A DNA stretch of 4,062 nt from a virus (Duplodnaviria > Heunggongvirae > Uroviricota > Caudoviricetes). The notes under the pieces are model-generated. The model worked only from the letters and a program-made list of their open reading frames with translations, ran no database searches and had not been told where the DNA came from. The stretch's first letter is position 1, and each line of letters begins with the position of its first letter. The stretch is taken from positions 1 through 4,062 of the IMG/VR virus record IMGVR_UViG_2675903654_000014. One strand, given 5' to 3'. A program made the translations under genes and the position numbers. Shown here in pieces: positions 1 to 4,062 of this stretch.

Positions 1-227
1 GGGAAGGCTGGGCCATACTCCTCCGGCAGAAGCAGAAAAAGCTTATTATGCTTCCATCGGAAACGATGATCTGGCAGCCTGAGTTCACAGATAAAACACT
101 CTCCAGGAAACCCGGGGCGGTTCAAAACGCCCATGATTTTACAGGCTTTTGATACGTTGCTGAGTTCTTCAGCCAGATTGAGCAAACCGGCTTTGTGTTT
201 GATAACGGGATTGGTAGTATGAAGCAT
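1..227 (-). CDS. Partial CDS (start in window, runs off the left edge): putative DNA-binding protein with HTH-like N-terminus and a CxxC...Hx5H motif
   Basis: ATG at 227-225 on minus with GAGGT Shine-Dalgarno 8 nt upstream; frame open for 75 codons to position 1 with no stop. Translation begins MLHTTNPVIKHKAGLLNLAEELSNVSKACKIMGV, then ...GECFICELRLPDHRFRWKH. Absent from the ORF track because it is edge-truncated. Confidence 0.4.
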   Translation of the reverse strand, partial: MLHTTNPVIKHKAGLLNLAEELSNVSKACKIMGVLNRPGFPGECFICELRLPDHRFRWKHNKLFLLLPEEYGPAF

Positions 228-287
228 GAGAGTTACCTCGTGTTTTGTATAAGGATTCGACACCCATATCAAAACCGGTAACTCTCA
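227..287 (-). promoter_or_regulatory. Fold-back inverted repeat predicted to sequester the SD and AUG of the left HTH ORF
   Basis: Perfect 11-bp arms TGAGAGTTACC (227-237) and GGTAACTCTCA (277-287) separated by 39 nt. On the minus-strand RNA the downstream arm contains the last two G of the SD and the A of the AUG. Confidence 0.35.
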
Positions 288-350
288 ACCTTTCAAGGCT
301 CAGTGTCAGATCAAGTCGCGACTAATACACTCAATTCCATCATAAACTTC

Positions 351-479
351 TCAGTTGTTAGCTTTTGCCGAACTGGAAAGCGCCTGTTTAAACTCACTGA
401 AGCTGAGAGCTTCTTCGCCTTCGGCAAGGCCTTCGAAGTATTCTTCGTAAGCCTTTTTCATGATTGTGTCGAAATCCAT
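351..479 (-). CDS. Small hypothetical protein, 42 aa, acidic and probably helical
   Basis: ATG at 479-477 on minus with GGTGA SD 5 nt upstream; stop TGA at 353-351; lies 10 nt downstream of the 48-aa ORF stop. Translation MDFDTIMKKAYEEYFEGLAEGEEALSFSEFKQALSSSAKANN. The overlapping plus-strand track ORF 303..533 is F/L-rich with a GTG start and looks like its antisense shadow. Confidence 0.45.
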   Translation of the reverse strand: MDFDTIMKKAYEEYFEGLAEGEEALSFSEFKQALSSSAKANN

Positions 480-489
480 ATCACTCACC

Positions 490-636
490 TTAGTTTCTTT
501 CCAACCAGCGACGTGCGCCAGCTTCGGTTTTAAACGATTTGCTTTTGGTATACGTCATGGCGGTGAATGTGCCGTCCTGATTGGGAAACACGCCACATAC
601 CAGAGATTCGTTGTTGCCAAGATCGATAGTATCCAT
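490..636 (-). CDS. Small hypothetical protein, 48 aa
   Basis: ATG at 636-634 on minus with GAGG SD 5 nt upstream; stop TAA at 492-490. Translation MDTIDLGNNESLVCGVFPNQDGTFTAMTYTKSKSFKTEAGARRWLERN. The track extends this frame to a TTG at 699 that has no SD; the internal ATG is preferred. Position next to the repressor resembles the tiny ydaG/ydaF-type ORFs of Rac-like prophages (size and position only). Confidence 0.45.
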   Translation of the reverse strand: MDTIDLGNNESLVCGVFPNQDGTFTAMTYTKSKSFKTEAGARRWLERN

Positions 637-816
637 GTTGACCTCATTTCCCCTTAACGCCGGGTGGCGGAACGTTTTATCTACTGCGCTTTGTATCAAT
701 CAACAACTGCCGTCATGTTCGTATGCCTCAGGCTGGCTACTTAGCCCTGTTCAGTGGCTGGATAACTCGAGGTATTGTCCAGCCGTTCTCTGGTGGGGCG
801 TTGTTTGGATATGCTT

Positions 817-845
817 ATTAAACACAATGCGTTTTCTTATGTCAA
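817..845 (-). promoter_or_regulatory. Leftward sigma70-type promoter (PL-like): TTGACA, 17-bp spacer, TTTAAT
   Basis: On the minus strand, perfect -35 TTGACA (plus 840-845) and -10 TTTAAT (plus 817-822) with a 17-bp spacer. It lies just downstream of the repressor terminator and is oriented toward the small ORFs. Confidence 0.5.
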
Positions 846-858
846 CACGAAATGTGTT
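844..858. promoter_or_regulatory. Candidate operator (OL-like) 15-bp palindrome AACACGAAATGTGTT overlapping the -35 of the leftward promoter
   Basis: Inverted half-sites AACAC / GTGTT; related to the two palindromes in the repressor-cro intergenic region (1373-1387, 1419-1433). Confidence 0.4.
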
Positions 859-885
859 TTGTGGTGAGTGTCATATGATGATGGT

Positions 886-911
886 ACAAAAAAGCCCGCT
901 GATAGCGGGCT
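886..911 (-). terminator. Rho-independent terminator for the repressor gene
   Basis: 8-bp GC-rich stem AGCCCGCT (893-900) / AGCGGGCT (904-911) with a 3-nt loop, followed on the minus strand by UUUUUGU (plus A-run 888-892). It is 30 nt downstream of the repressor stop and is not a terminator in the plus orientation. Confidence 0.55.
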
Positions 912-941
912 GATTGGCATATTACTGTGATAGCAAGATCA

Positions 942-1361
942 TTACTCCGGTGGGGGATTATCTTTAAGCCTGCCTCTCAAATATTTTTCTACATACTCAT
1001 CGATTTCTTTTAGCCGGACTTCAAATAGCTCAATCATTCGTTGTTGTTCTGAGCCAGGTAGCTGGTTAAACAACTCAAGAAGTTTTCGTTGGGATTCATT
1101 TAACCACAATTCAGAAGATTCCTGTTCTCCAAATAGGAGCTCAGGAGGAGATATGCCAAGTGCCTTTCCCAATACGACAGCGTCATGCACTCCAACATTT
1201 CTGCTGCCCGCCTCATAGTTACCTATACGCGATTGCGTCCATCCGCAGATTTCAGCAAGTTTTCCTTGAGATAAACCAAGCTTCTGCCTGCGCTCTTTAA
1301 GACGCATTGCAATTTTGTCATTGAGCCTACTAGCGGCAATTTTTTCGTTTTCTTTTTCCAT
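942..1361 (-). CDS. Prophage repressor, XRE-family HTH (CI/RacR-like), 139 aa, no S24 peptidase domain
   Basis: Track ORF with ATG at 1361 and AAGGA SD 4 nt upstream. HTH segment LGLSQGKLAEICGWTQSRIGNYEAG; C-terminal part is helical and charged with no Ser/Lys peptidase motif. Divergent from a Cro-like gene, as in lambdoid immunity regions. Confidence 0.85.
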   Translation of the reverse strand: MEKENEKIAASRLNDKIAMRLKERRQKLGLSQGKLAEICGWTQSRIGNYEAGSRNVGVHDAVVLGKALGISPPELLFGEQESSELWLNESQRKLLELFNQLPGSEQQRMIELFEVRLKEIDEYVEKYLRGRLKDNPPPE

Positions 1362-1372
1362 TGCATCCTTGT

Positions 1373-1387
1373 ATCACGAATCGTGAT
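1373..1387. promoter_or_regulatory. Candidate operator: perfect 15-bp palindrome ATCACGAaTCGTGAT in the repressor 5' leader
   Basis: 7-bp perfect arms around one central base; lies 2 nt upstream of the repressor SD on its mRNA. Confidence 0.4.
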
Positions 1388-1408
1388 TTACATAAAACAC
1401 AAAACAGC

Positions 1409-1439
1409 TTGACCATATAACACAAGGTGTGTTTAAAAT
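1409..1439 (+). promoter_or_regulatory. Rightward promoter (PR-like) for the cro-like operon
   Basis: -35 TTGACC (1409-1414), then -10 TTTAAA (1432-1437, 17-bp spacer) or TAAAAT (1434-1439, 19-bp spacer); followed by GGAGG SD (1447-1451) and ATG at 1458. Confidence 0.45.
1419..1433. promoter_or_regulatory. Candidate operator (OR-like) 15-bp palindrome AACACAaggTGTGTT overlapping the PR spacer and -10
   Basis: Perfect 6-bp arms AACACA / TGTGTT with a 3-nt centre; same half-site family as 844-858. Confidence 0.4.
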
Positions 1440-1457
1440 TGTCATCGGAGGTTTTCA

Positions 1458-1700
1458 ATGAACAAAATTTCAACATATCGAAAACAGCTTGGGCTGTCTC
1501 AAAGACAACTTGCTGTTCAGTTAGGGTGGATACAAAGCCGACTGGCAAATTACGAAGCAAATTTTCGTACCCCTGGACTAGAGGAGTGCAGAAAAATTGT
1601 TTCTACCCTTAATCGGCTTGGCGCTCATTGTGGACTTGACGATGTATTCCCCCCAGACGGTAAGCATAGCGAAAACAGCATAGGAGCGGTTGATTCATGA
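1458..1700 (+). CDS. Cro-like XRE-family HTH regulator, 80 aa
   Basis: Track ORF with ATG at 1458 and GGAGG SD 6 nt upstream. HTH LGLSQRQLAVQLGWIQSRLANYEAN is about 60 percent identical to the repressor HTH over 30 residues. First gene of the rightward operon; its stop overlaps the next start (ATGA). Confidence 0.8.
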   Translation: MNKISTYRKQLGLSQRQLAVQLGWIQSRLANYEANFRTPGLEECRKIVSTLNRLGAHCGLDDVFPPDGKHSENSIGAVDS

Positions 1701-1707
1701 AAATCAG
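1690..1707. promoter_or_regulatory. Inverted repeat TTGATT-N6-AATCAg spanning the cro stop / ydaT-like start
   Basis: TTGATT (1690-1695), 6-nt spacer, AATCAG (1702-1707); 11 of 12 positions palindromic. Confidence 0.4.
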
Positions 1708-2119
1708 GCATGAGCACATCGAATCAGTGTTGTTAGCCCTGGCAGCCGAAAAAGGGCAGGCGTGGGTCGCTAACGCAATTACTGAAGAATATCTGCGCCA
1801 GGGGGGCGGCGAATTGCCCCTGGTACCAGGCAAGGACTGGAATAATCAGCAGAACATCTATCACCGTTGGTTAAAAGGTGAAACGAAAGCGCAAAGGGAA
1901 AAAATTCAGAAACTGATCCCTGCGGTTCTGGCAATTCTTCCGCGCGAGCTGCGTCACCGACTCTGCATCTTCGATACCCTGGAACGCCGTGCATTACTGG
2001 CGGCGCAGGAAGCGTTGAGTACGGCAATTGATGCGCATGATGATGCAGTCCAGGCCGTTTACCGGAAAGCACATTTCAGCGGTGGTGGGTCGCCCGGCGA
2101 TTCTGTCGTAGTGCATTGA
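1697..2119 (+). CDS. ydaT: YdaT-like protein (CII-functional-analogue / putative toxin family of Rac-type prophages), 140 aa
   Basis: Track ORF; ATG at 1697 overlaps the cro-like stop (ATGA). Translation MKIRHEHIESVLLALAAEKGQAWVANAITEEYLRQGGGELPLV... matches my recollection of YdaT in sequence and length (140 aa). Position after cro equals that of lambda cII. Confidence 0.75.
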   Translation: MKIRHEHIESVLLALAAEKGQAWVANAITEEYLRQGGGELPLVPGKDWNNQQNIYHRWLKGETKAQREKIQKLIPAVLAILPRELRHRLCIFDTLERRALLAAQEALSTAIDAHDDAVQAVYRKAHFSGGGSPGDSVVVH

Positions 2120-2133
2120 TTGAAATTAATCGT
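2116..2133. promoter_or_regulatory. Inverted repeat TTGATT-N6-AATCgt overlapping the ydaT-like stop codon
   Basis: TTGATT (2116-2121), 6-nt spacer, AATCGT (2128-2133); 10 of 12 positions palindromic; same half-site as 1690-1707. Confidence 0.35.
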
Positions 2134-2164
2134 GCCGGATTGTTTTGTTCGGTATCAGTTAAAT

Positions 2165-2183
2165 GTAACGCTGCGAGCGTTAC
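2165..2183. repeat. 19-bp dyad repeat copy 1, GTAACGCTgcgAGCGTTAC, just upstream of the initiator SD
   Basis: Perfect 8-bp arms; the AAGGTGA SD follows immediately and the ATG is at 2197. Confidence 0.6.
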
Positions 2184-2196
2184 AAGGTGAAAACAA

Positions 2197-2979
2197 ATGG
2201 CTTCAAACTGGATAAAGCTCGAGGTTATTACGCCGGATAAGCCGGAAATATTCAGGCTTGCTGAGATTCTGAATATTGATCCAGATGCCGCATTAGGGAA
2301 GGTTATTCGCTTCTGGGCATGGGCGGATCAACAAATGATAGACGGTAATGCAGATTGTAACGCTCGCGGCGTTACAAAAAGTGCAATAGATCGCATCACT
2401 TTTATGGCTGGTTTTGCTGATGCGTTAATTCAGGTTGGATGGCTGATCGAAAATGACGGTGGGCTTTCTCTACCTAACTTTGAACGTCATAACGGGAAAA
2501 GCTCTAAAAAACGGGCGGTTACAAACGAGCGAGTAACAAAAATACGCGAACTGCAACGAAAAGGTAACGCTGCCAGCGTTACACAAACGGATCAAAAAGC
2601 GTTACCAGAGGAAGAGGAAGATATAAATACTGATCTCCCCCTAAATCCCCCTCGCCAAAAACGAGCGTCTAAAAAATTCGAGCCGGAGGCTATCGAGCTG
2701 CCTGACTGGTTGCCGGAAACACTCTGGCATGAGTGGTTTCAGTTCAGGCAGGCATTGCGAAAACCGATTCGAACGGAGCAGGGCGCTAACGGGGCGATAC
2801 GGGAACTGGAAAAATTCCGTCAGCAGGGTTTTACACCTGAGCAGGTGATTCGACACAGCATCGCCAATGAATACCAGGGCTTGTTCGCACCGAAAGGTGT
2901 TCGGCCTGAGACGTTGCTCCGACAGGTTAACACCGTCTCGTTGCCGGACAGTGCGATCCCGCCAGGCTTCAGGGGGTAA
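2197..2979 (+). CDS. Replication initiation protein, YdaU / DUF1376-like (lambda O functional analogue), 260 aa
   Basis: Track ORF with ATG at 2197 and AAGGTGA SD. Sits immediately upstream of a DnaC-like gene, the usual initiator / helicase-loader pairing. Contains internal dyad repeats. Family assignment is from memory of DUF1376-type prophage proteins and was not searched. Confidence 0.75.
   Translation: MASNWIKLEVITPDKPEIFRLAEILNIDPDAALGKVIRFWAWADQQMIDGNADCNARGVTKSAIDRITFMAGFADALIQVGWLIENDGGLSLPNFERHNGKSSKKRAVTNERVTKIRELQRKGNAASVTQTDQKALPEEEEDINTDLPLNPPRQKRASKKFEPEAIELPDWLPETLWHEWFQFRQALRKPIRTEQGANGAIRELEKFRQQGFTPEQVIRHSIANEYQGLFAPKGVRPETLLRQVNTVSLPDSAIPPGFRG
2357..2375. repeat. 19-bp dyad repeat copy 2, GTAACGCtcgcgGCGTTAC, inside the initiator CDS
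   Basis: Perfect 7-bp arms; encodes the peptide CNARGVT. Confidence 0.6.
2518..2537. repeat. Degenerate, inverted-order relative of the dyad repeat (GTTAC-N10-GTAAC)
   Basis: GTTAC (2518-2522) and GTAAC (2533-2537); encodes AVTNERVT. An isolated half-site AGCGTTAC is at 2598-2605. Confidence 0.35.
2564..2582. repeat. 19-bp dyad repeat copy 3, GTAACGCTGcCAGCGTTAC, inside the initiator CDS
   Basis: Perfect 9-bp arms around one central base; encodes GNAASVT. Confidence 0.6.
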
Positions 2980-2985
2980 TGGACC

Positions 2986-3710
2986 ATGAAAAATATTGCG
3001 ACAGGCGGTGTTCTTGAACGTATCCGTAAGCTGGCTCCGCAGCATGTAACCGCGCCGTACCGGACTGTGGACGAGTGGCGAGAGTGGCAGCTTGCAGAAG
3101 GGCGAAAACGTAGCGAGGAGATCAACCGCCTGAATCGTCAGTTGCGGGTGGAAAAAATTCTGAATCGCTCAGGCATCCAGCCGTTGCATCGTAAATGCTC
3201 GTTTGCAAATTACCAGGTGCAGAACGACGGCCAGCGATACGCGTTNNNNNNNTGATGACCGGGGGTACAAATTTTGCGTTCAGCGGAAAACCTGGTACCG
3301 GGAAGAACCACTTAGCGGCAGCTATCGGAAATCGCCTGCTGAAAGATGGCCAGACAGTGATTGTGGTTACTGTGGCTGATGTTATGAGTGCCCTGCATGC
3401 CAGCTATGACGACGGACAGTCAGGCGAAAAATTTTTGCGGGAACTGTGCGAAGTGGATCTGCTGGTTCTTGATGAGATTGGCATTCAGCGCGAGACGAAA
3501 AACGAGCAGGTGGTACTGCACCAGATTATTGATCGACGGACAGCGTCGATGCGTAGCGTGGGAATGCTGACAAATCTGAACTATGAGGCCATGAAAACAT
3601 TGCTCGGTGAGCGGATTATGGATCGCATGACCATGAACAGCGGACGCTGGGTGAATTTTAACTGGGAGAGCTGGCGTCCGAATGTCGTCCAGCCAGGAAT
3701 TGCGAAGTAA
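2986..3710 (+). CDS. DnaC-like replicative helicase loader (AAA+ ATPase; YdaV-like), interrupted by a 7-N gap
   Basis: N-terminal part [20 protein letters not shown]...[26 protein letters not shown] and C-terminal part ...[20 protein letters not shown]...[10 protein letters not shown]...[22 protein letters not shown] align by eye with E. coli DnaC (Walker A GKPGTGK, Walker B LLVLDE). ATG at 2986 with GGGGG SD; stop TAA at 3708-3710. The two halves sit in different frames across the N-run at 3246-3252. Confidence 0.8.
3246..3252. other. Run of 7 ambiguous bases (assembly gap or masked sequence) inside the DnaC-like gene
   Basis: nnnnnnn in the sequence; flanking coding frames differ, and by alignment to DnaC about 11 residues are missing. 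Confidence 0.9.
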
Positions 3711-3732
3711 TTTTTACCGGGAGAAAAATTTA

Positions 3733-4062
3733 ATGGAGACTGTTTTTGACGCACTGAAAGCAATGGGAAAAGCCACATCCATAGAACTTGCTGCGCGACT
3801 TGATATCAGTCGTGAAGAGGTACTGAACGAGCTGTGGGAACTGAAAAAAGCTGGTTTTGTTGATAAAACCGCGTACACCTGGCGCGTGGCTGAAAACAAC
3901 GTTCAGCAGGAACAGTCAGCGCAGGCAGAACTGCCGGAAGAAACCACCACAGCAACAGTAGCGAAAATCTCAGAGTGCGATTTAACCGCAACGATTGAAC
4001 AACGCGGACCACAAACGGCTGATGAGCTGGCTACATTGTTTGATACCACATCACGCAAAGTG
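3733..4062 (+). CDS. Partial CDS (5' end; runs off the right edge): hypothetical protein with two winged-helix-like segments
   Basis: ATG at 3733 with GGGAG SD 9 nt upstream; frame open for 110 codons to the window end. Translation [56 protein letters not shown]...[29 protein letters not shown]. Absent from the ORF track because it is edge-truncated. Confidence 0.55.
   Translation, partial: METVFDALKAMGKATSIELAARLDISREEVLNELWELKKAGFVDKTAYTWRVAENNVQQEQSAQAELPEETTTATVAKISECDLTATIEQRGPQTADELATLFDTTSRKV

Noticed and set aside
1-227. Naming the left ORF as an IS transposase of a specific family
   Set aside because: Only the first ~34 residues resemble what I remember of transposase HTH N-termini; the remainder diverges in all three frames and no terminal inverted repeats can be assessed within the window.
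303-657. Plus-strand track ORFs 303..533 (76 aa) and 460..657 (65 aa)
   Set aside because: Both are antisense to the minus-strand small ORFs, have non-ATG or SD-less starts and F/L-rich low-complexity translations typical of shadow frames.
789-796. Chi-like octamer TCTGGTGG
   Set aside because: 7 of 8 match to GCTGGTGG only; Chi function needs the exact octamer.
581-913. Plus-strand track ORF 581..913 (110 aa)
   Set aside because: It spans the leader, the leftward promoter and the repressor terminator; no SD; the translation is Cys/Trp/Leu-rich and not protein-like.
1362-1457. LexA (SOS) box or CRP site in the immunity control region
   Set aside because: No CTGT-N8-ACAG or TGTGA-N6-TCACA match; the palindromes present have different half-sites and spacing.
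1330-1612. Track ORFs 1330..1560 (minus) and 1427..1612 (plus)
   Set aside because: They run across the divergent operator/promoter region and overlap the well-supported repressor and cro-like genes in other frames.
1609-2072. Minus-strand track ORFs 1609..1833 and 1779..2072
   Set aside because: Antisense to the cro-like and ydaT-like genes; no SD; Pro/Arg/His-rich translations typical of shadow frames in GC-rich coding sequence.
2120-2196. Independent promoter or terminator between the ydaT-like and initiator genes
   Set aside because: The hairpin at 2165-2183 has no following T-tract, and no -35/-10 pair with acceptable spacing was found; read-through from the rightward promoter is more likely.
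2165-2605. CRISPR array interpretation of the GTAACGCT...AGCGTTAC repeats
   Set aside because: The repeats are only 19 bp, palindromic, about 200 bp apart and lie inside a protein-coding gene; there is no regular repeat-spacer periodicity.
2641-3125. Minus-strand track ORFs 2641..3045 and 2820..3125
   Set aside because: Antisense to the initiator and DnaC-like genes, which have strong coding support; these are shadow frames.
3195-3254. 5' extension of track ORF 3195..3710 ([17 protein letters not shown]...) and a literal pseudogene call for the DnaC-like gene
   Set aside because: The extension is a frame run-on created by the N-run; the DnaC-like protein starts at 2986 and the break is best explained by a collapsed gap.
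3388-4012. Track ORFs 3388..3570 (plus), 3581..3778, 3714..3899 and 3806..4012 (minus)
   Set aside because: Alternate-frame or antisense overlaps of the DnaC-like gene and the right-edge ORF, without SD support.

Overview
This window reads as the immunity and early-replication core of a lambdoid (Rac / CP-933P-like) enterobacterial prophage; I see no clear novel defence system. All calls are by eye from the sequence and ORF track, with no database search. Left to right: an edge-truncated minus-strand HTH ORF behind a fold-back inverted repeat; two tiny minus-strand ORFs (42 and 48 aa) downstream of a near-consensus leftward promoter with a ~170-nt leader; an intrinsic terminator; a 139-aa XRE-type repressor with no peptidase domain (minus); a divergent control region with related 15-bp palindromes; then rightward an 80-aa Cro-like protein, a 140-aa YdaT/CII-like protein, a 260-aa YdaU/DUF1376-like replication initiator, a DnaC-like helicase loader interrupted by a 7-N gap, and the 5' part of a winged-helix-like ORF. 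The most interesting signals are three 19-bp dyad repeats (GTAACGCT-N3-AGCGTTAC) spaced ~200 bp apart across the initiator gene, TTGATT-N6-AATC inverted repeats sitting exactly on the start and stop of the ydaT-like gene, and the uncharacterised tiny early-left ORFs.
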